Made by a program: the position numbers and the translations under genes. 64,000 nt of DNA from Vicugna vicugna (lineage: Eukaryota), in assembly GCA_013265495.1 (NCBI GenBank), contig MU058252.1, forward strand, positions 2,328,244 to 2,392,243, written 5' to 3'. The notes beneath the pieces were generated by a model. That model saw nothing but the letters and a program-made list of their open reading frames with translations, ran no database searches and was not told the DNA's origin. Positions 11,261 to 24,100 of this stretch are shown here, piece by piece. Position 1 is the stretch's first letter. Each line of letters begins with the position of its first letter.

Positions 11261-11574
11261 TGCTCACCTAAAGTGAACAGACTGCCAGTTACTTCTCCAG
11301 CAAAGACGGGTCTATTTGGGATCGGCAGAGTTGCAACTCAGGGTCTGCAACCGTGGCGAGTCACACGCTCGTCCCCACAGGTCCAGGGCAGGGGGATGCT
11401 TTTATAAAGGGGAAGCGGAAGTGGGGAGGGCGCAGGAAACAAAGTCCATGGCTTTTCACTGGCTGAGCCCTGCCTGGAGAGAAGAGGCTGCGCTACCTTC
11501 GCGGGTGTGAGAGCTCCCCCTGCTGGCCGCCAGCTCCATTTCCTTCAGGTTTCGGTGGACTAGTCCCCCCCCCA
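11261..11574 (-). mobile_element. Solo ERV1-type LTR (LTR39/MER39-like)
   Basis: TG...CA termini; minus-strand order of decayed CCAAT (agccagtgaaaagccatggac), TATAAAA (11406-11400), decayed polyA signal AATAGA (11316-11311) and ...tttgctggagaagtaactggcagtct...; no clear TSD. Confidence 0.65.
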
Positions 11575-11599
11575 CCCTCCGAGTGTTTCAAGGATTGTT

Positions 11600-11775
11600 C
11601 TGTCATAGACTTTAATGACAATCCTATGAATTAGCTACAACTCTCTCCATTTTACAGATGGGGAAACTGAGGTGCAGACTGACATTTAATCTCCTTTATT
11701 TTAGAGACAAGGAAATTTAGCTCAGGTTGTTTATGTCAGTTGCCAAAGTTCGCACAGCTGGGTAGTGTGAGACCC
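11600..11775 (-). mobile_element. MIR fragment(s)
   Basis: acaatcctatga...ccattttacagatggggaaactgagg is the canonical antisense MIR core. Confidence 0.75.
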
Positions 11776-14696
11776 TGCCAGCCTAGCTCAGTTTTTCCCA
11801 TCTCATTGTGTTTCATATCAAAGTGCCCTTCGTGCTTTGGCAAAGGTCATTTCCTTTCATCCCTCTTGGTGTGAAAGAATGAGTATCTCCCAAGCAATTT
11901 CTAAGTCTGGAAAGCGTGATTCTGGGGGTGAGGATGTAGAAAAGACAGAATAATTATATACATGCATATATATAGTATCTGCATATTGTGCCATGTAAGT
12001 GTGTGTGCTTTAGGTATCTGCATCTAGTCCCCTCAGAGGGGTCTCCGTGAGGACTGAGCCAACTGTATTATAACAGATGCAGGATCATTCTCATGCCTGT
12101 TAGTGGGCAGCTTCCTGAGATGCTCTGAATGCAAATCCATAAATGTTGATTAAAGACGGGGGCATCCCTAACAACACGCAGCCCCGCCAGACGGCCGCCA
12201 CACAGGCAGGTGACTCCCGCGGCGGAGGTGTCGCCCAGCTGAGTTTTCTGCTCGGACGGGACTTCTCCGGACTTACTGTGTGTTGCAGTCAGTGGGGCTC
12301 AGTTCAGTTCTCCGAAAACCTGAGTGTTTCTGCTCACGCTCTCTGGAAAGAGGATTTGGGCTCCATGTCGTGAGTGATTTATGTAAGGATGTCAGGGATG
12401 TGGATGAGGTGGGAGGCGGAAAGGACTTGGCAGAGCTGGGCTGGGTGTGGGATTCTGCTGCCGTCCCTCCTCCTCAGGGGAGCAGACAAACTGTGGTGGG
12501 TCTCTGTCCAGGTCATCTTCTGGGGTCGGCAGTGTCCCTGTGTGTCCGCAGGTGAGGGAGCCATGGCCTTCTTGTGAGGGGCTCCTGGTTGAGAATGAGA
12601 TGGTGGCAGGACCCATGACTGATGCTCCCACGACCTCACCCACAGGGACCTTCTCTGTTCCATGGGGTGGCCTTTCCCCCTCACGCCTCACTCGTCACTT
12701 CTCTCGACCTGTCTGAATCTGCCCGGACTTTAGGGTCAGCTCCCTTCCAAATCCGCTCTGATGGAAGCTCTGCTCCAGGGAGACGGAGCTGGCACAGGAC
12801 CCCACTGGCCTCTGTCCGTCATCACCATGTGTGGGGAACTGATCTGGCGTGTCAGGTGTCAGGCGTGGCACAAAGTGATTTAGACACTCATTCATGTCTC
12901 CAAGGCTATGAGACCACTCCCAGGATCCAAATCTCGGGGTGAGGAAACCAAGACGCGCAATGCTTAAATCGAACCTCCAAGACCAGGGTGAGGAAGGGGG
13001 CTTCCGGGTCTAAAGTCCACCCCTTCCCAAGGTATGGGAAACGCCTTAGTTACCTGAGCGTACGGCAAAATGTAGGCTGCACCATCCACGAGAAGCCTTT
13101 CTGATAACATCTTGCCAGGAGTGAGGGTGCAGCCCAGACTGAAACGTGTCCTGAGTGAGGGAGGCTGGCCAGTCTTTTTAGTTTGGACTCTCCACTTGGA
13201 GACTCAAAACAGAGAACAACCTCTTTGTCCTTAAGTGGTATTTTTCCCTAAGTGTTAGGCGATGCTTATTAAATAATAGAGTAGAAAAGCGGTAGGAAGG
13301 GGACCCTGGGCACCCGGATGGTCACCTGTCCTCCGAAGAAGCCCCCAGCTTGACAAGAGCCAAAGCAAGAGACACTATTTTGAGGGGAAATTTAGAGTTG
13401 CTCACAGTCTTCGCCTGGAAGGCAGCCCTCGCGTGTCCCCAAGCCTCTCTGACGAGGCACAGCTCTGATGCTGTGTTTGGTGCCATCCAGTTGAGGGTGG
13501 TCTGTGTTCAGCAGCAGAGAAGAGTTGGTTGGAGAGCAGCACGTGGAAGCCGACTTACCGGGAGGATGGAGCATCAGTGAGTGATTCACCCCAGGTGCGT
13601 GCAGGCAGGTGGAAGCCCAGACCAAGGATGCTGCGTGTAGCTGCCCTTCCTGGCTACGGCTGGAGTTGTCCTGAAGTCAGAGGTGGCAGTTAAGCCTCTT
13701 CAAAGACCTTTAATGACTGTGGATTCATCAGAACAAGGAGGCAGGGATGTGGTGGAAAGAGGAGGGGATTTGAGTCAAGTCCTTTCTGTACCATTTTACG
13801 TGCACAGAAATGTATACACCATGATATCAATTCAGTGTATGTATTTGAGTGAAAAGTTATAATTTCATACCCCCTTTTACAGAAAGGGAAAATCCCCAGA
13901 GACCTGAATGACTTGATAAAGTTCTCTAATTATCGACCCAGTACTTGCGGTTCTAGAAAATAAGACTTGAATACCAACACTGGGTGTTTATGTAGAATAT
14001 CTGTGTGTCAGCGAAGCAAGTTGACAAAATGAAATCACTGATGTGGGTGAGATACTGGGAGGCTGTCTTTGTGCTTGTTGGATTTCAAAGTAAAATATTG
14101 TAACTCTTGGTATTTGCACTGTGTCGAAATAATAAAATATTATGTCATCTTTAGAATCATATTCTGGAAGAATTTTTCACTATAGAAGAAGATCTCTCTA
14201 TTACAACAGTAAGCGAAAACCGTGGGAAAATAAAACCTGAGATAGATTCAGAGTGCAAATATTGTAAAACTGCTGGGAAAAAAATAACACAGTAGGTCTA
14301 TGACGCTGGCTCTCTCTGAGGATGAGACGGTGATTAAATAGCTTCTGTTTCATTCTGTGCTCGTCCAGATATTTTATAATTAGCATCAATTACACTTAGA
14401 ACCCCACCCCCCAAAAAAACACACAACGTCCCTAATTTTTAAAAAAGAACAAACAAGTATTTAGTACTTGTGGTTACATGGCAAGACTGGCTTGGGAAGC
14501 AGGTCAGCTCAGAGAGGAGAGAGTGACAGGGGAGTGAGGGTTTTACCGTGTGCTGCTCTCGTTAGGCGGAAATGATGGGATGGGCTCAGATTGTTTTTTG
14601 GTTCTTTTACGGGCATTTATTTTATTTTCTTTTTCATTTTTTTAGTTGTTGCTAGCGGTGACATTGATGCTAAGCTTCCCTCTAGCAACTGTGCTC

Positions 14697-14858
14697 TTTT
14701 TTTTTTTAATTGATGTGTAGTTGATTTACCATGTTGCATTAATTTCTGCTGTGCAGCATGGTGGCTCAGTTATACTACATGTGTATTCCTTTTCATCTTC
14801 ATTTTCATTAGAGACCCTCCCAAGGTATCGAATGCAGCTGCCTGTGCCGTACAGCAGT
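14697..14858 (-). mobile_element. L1 3' terminal fragment
   Basis: T-run followed by aattgatgtgtagttgatttaccatgttg..., homologous to the other young L1 tails here. Confidence 0.85.
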
Positions 14859-15929
14859 TTATGGTGCTGCCGCAGCTGCCGGCCTCTGTGCCCGTGGCTC
14901 GCTCTGGGGAACACCAGGCCTGCCCCTTAGGCTCTTAGGAGTCTTGTCGGTCTCCACTCCCTCAGCGGCTCCAGGCCTGCTCGCCGCACTTCCCGCCTGC
15001 TGGGGCCCGGGTACGCCTGGACCGGCCAGCCACTGCCCGCTTCCTCACAGCTGCTCAGGCTCCTCGCAGGCCTCCTGCTGTCTCCTCCTGCCGCTCAGAC
15101 ACCTGCGGAGGCGGCGCACTCTGCTGTCCCGCGGGAGAAGAGGCAGTGTCTGACGACAGCAAGAGGAGAGCAGCAGCAGCTGAGCCGCTTGTCCAGAAGC
15201 CCCTGTGAGTGAGGCCCGTCTCCAGCCTCCCACTCTGTTGTAAGCGCTGTGAGGACAGGACCACGGGCAAGTCAGCCCTGTAGGTCCTGGGTGCCTAGCA
15301 CGATGCTTCCGACGCAGGCTGCACTCAGTAAACTTTGAAATATAAACCTTCATCTGTTGCAGGCAGTTCCTCCGTAAACTGGATGATTGTGCTTAGCAGA
15401 ATCATTGTGTCTTTAAAACATGGCATTATCCCTATTTGAAGATTGAGTTGGGCATTTATGGATGTGGAACCAATGGCCCCAGTACTTAGTTACTTAAAGG
15501 AGCAAGCATTCATTGTTTCACAGTACCTGGAGAGCAGGAATTTGAAAGTGTTTGGCTGGGAGGTCTGGCTCAGGCGTCTCGGGACTGAACAGCCTGGACG
15601 CTGGGTGGGCTGCGGGATCTGAAGGCCCGACTGGGGCGCCAGGACCCGCTTGTAAGCGCACCCACATGGCCGTTTTCAGGGGCCTCGTTTGGGGTCACGT
15701 GAGCCCTGCCTCGAGGCGTGGCGTCTGGCTTCTCCCAGAAGAGAGAAAGAGGAGGGGGAGGGGAGAGGCTGGCCAAGCTGGAGGTGTGGTGCCTCTTTGC
15801 GATCTCGTCCCCAAAGCTGCACTCGGCCACTTCTCTTTGCTTGTTAAAAGCAAGTCACAAAGTCCAGCCCACACACGTCACCACCTCTTTTTTTTTTTCA
15901 TTTGAGAAAATATTAGAGTTTTATTTAAG

Positions 15930-16028
15930 TCACTTACTCTCTCTGGGTCTTGGCTCCTTCTTTCGTAGAATGCCAAGGGTGGCTGGACCGAATGACCTTG
16001 AAGTCCCCTTCAGCTATTAAAATTATGC
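15930..16028 (+). mobile_element. MIR3/MIRc-like fragment
   Basis: gtcacttactctctctgggtcttgg...ggctggaccgaatgaccttgaagtccccttcagct. Confidence 0.5.
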
Positions 16029-17121
16029 CATTCTGGGAGAATCTAAAGTTGAACAAAGACAAATACAAATTAGTCTGGGGTTGTACATGTACCATCTTCC
16101 TGTGTTCACACATATGATCAAGAGTTGACACTATAGATTTTCTTTTTAATGACATATTAGATCACTGCTGTGATTCCAAAATTCAAAATTGTTTTGCTGC
16201 CCTAGAATTTTGATGCATAGATAAATGCATGCAGATTTAGACATGACGCAAGCTGATGTCTGGTCTCTCTGTGTTGAATTAATAAGGGAAGTATTCTGAG
16301 CAGAGTAAGTAAAAGGACTTCTCTTGAAGGGAGAGGTCTCAGAGAGTTTGTGGTCAGACCTTTAAAATCACCAGAAAGTTTCAGGAGGTTCAGTTAAGCG
16401 GGACTGAAGTTCGGGTGGGTCATCAGGGGTGCCGGCGTCCGGGGGGGGGGCTCTGAGGGGTAGCAGAGATGTGGCCGTGCTGCTGTGCTGCGTTCTGCAG
16501 GCAGACCCCTGGGGGCCCTCCTGCCTCTTGCCCAGGGCGCTCAGCTCCAGAGCAGGTGGCTCAGCTTGCCGCAGGAGGGCAGCGGGTGTCTGGGTTCACC
16601 TGCATCTCACCACCCAGCTCGAGAAGGTCACCCCTGTCACGGGGACCACCCTTATTGCTGCTCATCGGGCGGAGATACTTAGCTTCTCAGCCTTTCCTTG
16701 CAGGGAACTGGTAACAGCGCTTGGACCCGTAAACTCCCGCTTCTGAACACATGTGTCAACAAGCCTCTAAACTCTGTTAACGCTGAACTCTAACATTCGT
16801 GTCCTCTGAAAGTGAGCCCTGCCGGGCTGGCTCTGCACACGGGAACTGCGCGCAGCCCTTCGGTGTGCTTTGCGAACAGTCGCGTCAGCACTTGTTCTGA
16901 GGGACGGATGCGAGCGAAAGGTTTGCAATCATTAGGGAGAACAGCAAAGCAGAAGCACGTGGTTTGCACGGAGTAAAACTGAATCCGGCGAAATACAGTG
17001 TAAGTGTGCTGCAGTTCAGGGAGGGGCTCATGTGCCTCAGAGGCGAGTGGAAGGTATCTAGCCCGTCCCCTGCCTCTCTGTGAATTACAGCAACACCAGC
17101 TTATTTAAGAATAAAATAAGC

Positions 17122-18010
17122 CGTTCATTCATCAGCAAATACTGGGCACCAAATATGCACCAGGGTCCAGACACTGCGGTAACCACTTTGGGTGCAGCAG
17201 TGACCACAAAAATCCTTGTCTTCACTGGGTTTACATTCTAACAGGTAGAAACCAGAAACACAAACAAAAGAGAATCAGTAAAAATTATCGCATATTATCT
17301 GGTGATGAAGTCTAAGGAAAAAAATAAGGAAAGAACGCAGAGAGTTTGGGGGAATGGCTTACCAGGATAAAAAGTGCGGCCAAGGAAGCCACACTGAGAC
17401 GTTGACGTTTGCTCAAATAGCTGAATAAAGTCAGGGAGGGAACCGTGGGCTGTCTGAGGAAAGATCATTGCAAGAACAGAGCGGAGCAAGTGCAAAGGTC
17501 CTGGGGCAGGTGGTGCCCATTGCACTACGGGGACATCAAGGCCACTGTGGTGTGAAGAAGGTCCCGGACACAAAGAGGACTGATCGGGTCATGCCTTGTT
17601 AGCTGTTATTTAAGGAATTTGACTTTAACCAGAGTGGATTGGGCAGCTGCTGGCGGGCAGGAGGAAAGAGACGTCTAACCTGACAAGTGTTCACTAGGCT
17701 CCCTCTGGTACCCCTGGAGAAGAGTGATGGTTAGGAACCCAGGCAAGACTTGGTGGTGACTTTGCCAGGATTTTGTCACTGGGCATGTTGAGGATACATT
17801 GTGTAACTTGCCAAGACCTGATGCCAGATCCCACACGGGATACAAGGGAAGACAGACGTCAAGTTTCTGGCGGGGGCCCTGGAAGGAGGGAGCTGCCGCT
17901 TTTTAAACGGGCACCGGAGGACCAGGCGTGGGGTTAGGTTTTGGATCGTAACGTTTGAGATACTACTGAGTATTCACGTGAGCGGATGAGTCTGCATTTC
18001 AGGAGAACCT
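17122..18010 (-). mobile_element. L2 (L2a-like) 3' region
   Basis: ttcattcatcagcaaatactgggcacc...gtttacattcta...gcaagtgcaaaggtcctggggcagg...ttaggttttggat...gtttgagat. Confidence 0.75.
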
Positions 18011-18529
18011 TGAACTAAATTAGACTGGCCTTTCAGTGGTTCCTCCTTGGGGACGGATGGCCTTCACGTGCCCTAGAGTGGCTTAGTGGCCCTTCTCTCT
18101 GCTCCCAGCGTCCCTTCACAGCCTCACCACCCACCACCCCCGCAGTTAACCGGTGAGCGCTCAGTGGGATTCCAAGGCAGCATAGACAAGACCAGCCTTT
18201 GTTTCTCTGCTAATGACCATCTGCCTTCTCTGACGTGGACTTTCCCTCCCGTCTCCACTCACTGGTTGACAGAAAGCCTGCTGGGTCTTCAAGACACATC
18301 GCCTCTGTTCTGTGAAGCCCACCGCAGACGGCCCTGATTACCGTCCCGCCTCGTGCCCGACCCCCATCAGGACCACGGCGAGTCCACCCGTGTGTGGTTG
18401 TGCAGCCTGGTGGCCATCCTTGTGGCGGCGTGCCTGGCTGTGTTGTGGCTGGTTGTCTGCTCACCTCTCTGCCCTGCTCACCTTCAGCTGTCTCTTGTTG
18501 CTGGGTCTCTGTGTCCTCTGACTGCTTGG

Positions 18530-18775
18530 ACATCATTCAGGTCTTAGCCTGAATGCCCTTTTCTGAAAACCTTCCTCCAGCGCCTCAGATTCAGACTAGT
18601 TCTTCATTCCGAAGTGCTCCAGTAGCACCTGTGCTGGTTTCCATGGCAGCACATCAGTCTGTATCCAGACTTGTCTGCACAGTGTTCTGTGTGGTCCAGA
18701 AGGATCAAAAGAGAATGGTCTGCCTCACTGACGTTTTTGTGTCTAGCTGGATCTCAGTAAGAATTTGTGATTCCA
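18530..18775 (+). mobile_element. L2 fragment
   Basis: cattcaggtcttagcctgaatgcccttttctgaaaaccttcc...ctcagtaagaatttgtga. Confidence 0.5.
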
Positions 18776-19032
18776 TTCTCTCTCCTTCTCTCCCTTTCTC
18801 CGTTCCTTCCTTCTTTCCTTTTCCTTGCTTTGGACACGCACGTGTTTGATCCCAAAGGTGGAAGGAGAGGAGGATGTCTAGAAGGGAGGACGTGAGAGCA
18901 AGGGCAGGCGAGCGGAGCAGGTGAGACAGGGCTCAGCGATGCTTCCCGCGCAGCGACGGCCGAAGTGCGTGGTCAGAGCATGCCGCTAGATTTTGTAATT
19001 AGGACACGGCCTGGGAGCTTGTGTAAGGAATG

Positions 19033-19361
19033 TTTTTTCAATTGGAGCGTAGTCGGTTTACAGTGCTGTGTGAACTTCTGGTGCACAGCGTGGCGACTCA
19101 GTTACACACATGCATATTCCTTCCCATGTTCTTCATCAGAGGCTGTTACGAGGTATCGGATGTAGTTCCCCGTGCTGCACAGCAGGCCCTTGCTGTTTAG
19201 CTGTTTTATGTGTAGTGGTTGTGTCTGCAAATCTCAAACTGCCAGTTTATCCCTCCACCCCCACTTCCTCCAGAAACCACAACTTTGTTCACTATGTCTG
19301 TGAGTTTATGGATAAGTCCGTGCGCCTCATCTGTTTTAGGATCCGCATGTAAGAGACATCA
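19033..19361 (-). mobile_element. L1 3'UTR fragment, strongly GC-shifted
   Basis: Collinear with the L1 tail at 63069-63504. Confidence 0.9.
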
Positions 19362-20539
19362 CTTGCTGTTGCCACCCTACACCTCCCCGTTCATCCATTC
19401 CTTCACTCCTTCGCTCGGTGGACGCCTGCACGAGGGCCCGGCTGACCAGGTGAGGGAGAGCGGCTGTGGTCCCCGGGGTCTGGGCACCTTCCCCTCTGAC
19501 TTTCAGAGGGTTGGGTGCCCTGCCTCCGGGCCCTCCGGTTTGCACCCCCCATTGGCACCCACACAACCACGTGACCTTGGGGATCGCTTAGGGCCTTGCC
19601 TTCCTCAGTCACCTCCTCTTTGTGCTGGGTGCGCCCTCGGCCTGGAGATGCCCCCGTGGCAGCTGATGGGTGACCGTTAGGAAAGGCACCCGGCTGGAAG
19701 GGCAGGGGCTGGTGCTTCCTTGGTGTTTTTTTGGCTAGACCTTGAGAAATGTTGCTTCCTGGACAATTTCGTCATATTTTATGAAGATCATTTGTCAGTG
19801 GCTAGAAAACTGGGCACGCATGTTGTGCGGCTGGGCAGGACTAATGAGCTCTTCCTGCTTCACTCTGTCAAAGTCAGGCGCGGTGCCCAGAGTGGAACAC
19901 GCTTTGGTGACATCAGCGAGGGTGTCCTGATGACCAGGAAGGCACACGTTCCTGCTCCAAAGCTCCCGTGACTTCGGAAAACAGGCTGCGGCCTCGGATT
20001 GATTTGGTGGCGTGGACGTGAGACACATTTGGGATGTTCCTCAGGGATCTTTTGGCCTTCCCACGCCTCTGGGTCCCTGCTCCTACGTGTGGTAGCTCTT
20101 AGCAGGTGAATAATTCATTCCAAACATAACCTGGAATAGGGAGAAACACTCAAAGTGAGAGCGAATTCCCGTCCACCTGCTTCTGCGACAGATGCTCCAA
20201 GGAGGCAGGAGTGCTTGCGGCAGAGAAGGCAGGCGGGAGGGGCCAGGCCCGCGGTGGCTTCTGGCTGCCCGTGTTTGATGGGTAACATGGAGAGAGTTGG
20301 CTGCTGGAAAATCCAAAGTGAGAAGCGGTCAATCCAAGAGCTGGTCACAGGAGCACCTGGCCCTGAGCTTCCGGGCCGGCCAGTCCCTGGGTTCCTCTAC
20401 CCCTGATTCTGTGTGACAGAGGTGTGGCCACGACCAGCGCCCAGCCCTTCTTCCTAACAACCCGACGAGCGCCGTGTCCACGTTTGAGGTCTTCTGAGCT
20501 CATAGCCCCTGGCTCTTCAGGGTCCGTCCTCCTTGCTTA

Positions 20540-20905
20540 TCACACCTCAGTGGCTCCTCCCTCTTTCCAGTCCTCCCTCCACTCCTTTCCCACGTGGATC
20601 TTAAGATCCAGCTGCGACCCGTCAGTTGCAGAAGCCCCCGAACCTCCCGTGCTCCCGCAGGTCTGGGCCTTTGCACGGCCTGTTCCTGCTGCCCCGTGAG
20701 TCAGGAGAAGAGAGTGTCTTACCCCGTGGCTGCCCATCCTCGGGGCTCACTCACAGGTCACTTCAGAAAACATCGTGGGCTCCCCAGGCTCAGTGGGTCC
20801 CCCGCTTCTTTGCTCCCAGAGCATCGCCCTTTAAAGACTGTCTATTGTAAAAGCCAGGTTTTTGTGTAGGTCTGTTTTCCCTGCTGGGGGCTTGGTCCCT
20901 TCAGA
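20540..20905 (+). mobile_element. L2 fragment
   Basis: gggcctttgcacggcctgttcctgctgcc and downstream ...tgtaggtctgttttccctgctgg resemble L2. Confidence 0.45.
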
Positions 20906-21045
20906 ATAGGAACGGGAAGACGGAGTTGGCTCTCTGTCTCCAGCCGCTCCCAAACACCATTAAACATACGTTCAAAATTGTAGTAATTTTAACCAAGGGA
21001 AAGACGAAAACCCAGAATCGTGAACACGTGCTCTGGCTGCCCCAT

Positions 21046-21123
21046 CGCACCGGTCACGAGGGTCACGCCAGTCGTGAGGGTCACGCCGGTCACGAGGGTC
21101 ACACCGGTCACGAGGGTCATGCC
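21046..21123. repeat. 18-bp minisatellite, about 4 copies (GGTCACGAGGGTCACRCC), with 9-bp sub-period
   Basis: Read directly from the sequence. Confidence 0.95.
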
Positions 21124-24100
21124 CTGAGCGACGTCTTCGTCCTCTGCCGAGCCCTCTCCTTGGAGCTCTTACACAGTGGGCAGGCAGGGACGGGTCCCCT
21201 GTGCGCCCTATCCCGGGCTGGGTGCTGACGACTCCATAGCCATCCCTGCAGTTTGTGTTCTGGGGCGGGAAGAGGCGACGGGTACGTGAGAAGCAGGTAA
21301 CAGCCAAGTGATGGTGACTTCAGGGGGTGTGTGAGGGGTGTTGGGTCGGGGAGCCCAGAGAGTCTGTGAGCAGCATGCAGACTGAACATGGAAGCAGAGG
21401 AGCCCTGGAACTGGACCTGCAATACGAGTGGGGGTGGGGCTGGGGGCAGTGATCTTTACAGTGCGTGTGAGGGAGTGGGGTCTGTGGCTCTCTCGGGGAC
21501 ACTCGGCCTGGGGGCGGGCAGCCTGACCTCGTGCCGGGCCGTGGTTCGGAGACGCTCTGGGTCTGGGTCTCAGAGACACTGATGCCGACCGGGGTCGTCC
21601 ATGCCTGGCGACGTCCAGGTTCGTCCCCAGAAGCCCCACTGTAAGGTCCTTCACAAAAGCAGCCCACGTGTCTGTCCCTGGAGCTCCGAGGGATCATTAG
21701 ATTTCATTTGAACTTCAGCAGTTTTCATTGTCTTTGAAATCTCATTCCGTTGAATCTAATAACAAATAAATAATGCATGAGGGCTGGGGAATGAAAGGAA
21801 AAGGGAAATAAAGAGACGTACTCAGCCAGACGTTCAAGGGGCACCTTGCGCCCCAGCCCCACCTCTGGGCTCCGCTGAGCCGCTTGCTTCGGGGCAGATT
21901 CACGAGACCACAGGGAGGTGCCTGCACCCTTTCAGGGCACCGGGGCCGCTCAGGGCAGACATCACAGGACTCCCCTGGGCCCGGGACGGAGCCGGGTGGG
22001 CCAGGTCCCCCCAGCACCGGCGCCGCAGCCTGCCCCCTGCCTTTCCTGCTCTCCTCCCCCAGTTCTCCAGGTCATCCAGTAATCCCCGCTGAGCCCGGGT
22101 TTCCTCGCACGTAAAATGCAGGCACCTTTACTGAAACAGCTGATTTAGACAAATGTCCCTTCTGGATGTAAAAGCGATTAGATCAGGGCATTTACGTGGA
22201 GCTAAAGCATCACCCCAGGAGTCACGTGCTGGTTGCAAGGGGAGAAAGGTGCCTTTATACTGGAGGGAGCTGGAGGCCACCACCTTACCCCGGTCATCAG
22301 TCCCCACGTTCCCAGCAGCAGGACTACACGTTCCGTGGTGCAGTGCGAAGCGGCCAGCGCCACGTGCAGAGACGTGGCAGAGGTTAAGCTGAAGGCAGTC
22401 AGGCCGCCAGGCCTCACTTTCAGTTCCTGGGAGCAAGAGCGCATCTGGGCACACCGGGAGGGGACAGCCAGGAAAGTCCGCAGGTGCAATGAGACACCGG
22501 CCCACTGTATTCAACAGGCCCCTGATGTGCGGGGGGGAGGATGGGTGCTGCTTGGGCAGGCGTCTCCGAAATTAAAACACCACCAAGAGCAACATGTGAG
22601 CCTTGGTTAAGTCCTTATCAATACGGACCACCCACAAGCCATTCTTGAACAGTTAGGGGAGGTCTTGGACGAGAGTTAGACGATGCTCAGAAACTATGTT
22701 CTTTTTTTCCAAGTGTGAGATGTTTTGTATTCGTTCTATAGGAAAATACCCAGGGCTTGGGGTCTTCATTCTTAAGAGTTGCCCAACACAGACTTCTTTT
22801 TTTTTTTTTTTAGGATGAGTACTAAATTGTTTACAGGCAAGATGTCTTAATGTTTGTATTCACTTGAAATAATTGTTTATAAAGTAGATAAAGAAGAGTG
22901 AGTGTGGAAGATGCGTAGCAATTGTCAGGATCTGGGTGAAGGCAATGGGGCAGTGATTCTGTTCATCAACACTGGCTGCTTTTCTAAATGTTTTTAACTA
23001 ACATAATTCTTTTAAAGTTGCCTGCAAAGATCTATTGTGGTATGTGCATTTTATCTCTGGTAGAACATTGTTCTTCGCAGAGGGTAAACATGGCAGGAAT
23101 TAATTGATTTGATTAATGATCCGTTACCCACCCACCATCACCGTCAGGACAGTGGACCCCTGGAGGAGCAGGGCCCTGTTGGGGGTGTTTTGATGGCAGA
23201 ACCAGGAGCGGGGACCCTTCAGAGCTGAGGGTCGTCATGGGGGTGGCACATCTGTAAGACCAGTAACCCAGATCCCTGGAGGGTCTACACCAAGGGAAGA
23301 TCAGAAAGTGAGTTGAAACTGAGATAGGGAGGAGAAGGGGGCCTGGAAAATTAAACACAGCACTTAATACTGACTATGTACTGGTTGCTACTTTAAAAAA
23401 AATGACCAGAGGGTTTCACACGGCTCTGAAGAGAAGCGTGGGTCATCAGGTAAGTCCAAGCGGGGGGAGGCTGTGCTTTGCTGGCTTCCTGACGCGGCGT
23501 GCTCAGCAAGCGTGGCTTTCGGGCTACAGCGGGGTGGGGAGTTGTGTGTGGGAGGGGTCCAGGCTCGCCTCCTCTTGCTCGCCCATTGGCGTTGCTCTTC
23601 CACTGGGGTTTCCGATGCAGAGACATTCATTTCAGTGAGTTTGTTCAGTTCAGTCCAACTCAAGTGTTTGTGATGTTGGACACCAACTCAGCTCATCTCG
23701 TGGGGCTGTGGGAAGCGTGGAGGCGTGGTGCCCGCGTCGCGTGTCGCTGAGGGGCCGAGTCCCGTGGAGCAGACAGCTCCGTGGGTGAGTCTCTCCGCTC
23801 TGATTGGGCGTCAGGGAAGGACCTGCTGGCCCTTGAATCTGGCTCTTACTCCAAAGTGGATGTGCCGTGATAGCCAGACACTGGCAAGTGGATGAGGACA
23901 GAAAGGGGAGGGAAAACCACAGAGCGGGGTCAGGCCCTCGTGGCAAACGTGCACGACCTGATGGAAGAGACGCCGTCCACGTCCATCGTATCCAAGAGGG
24001 CCAAGGGTGGCGGGGACTGCCACCGGGACAGCCGGCTGTGACCTGCGGGGAAAGGGTTCTTAGAGGGTTCAGCCGAAAATCCCATCCCACCGAGAGGGGA

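Noticed and set aside
20926..21228. His-rich repeat ORF (GHEGHA/GHEGHT) suggesting a metal-binding peptide
   Set aside because: It is a by-product of the 18-bp minisatellite, starts at a non-ATG codon and has no gene context.
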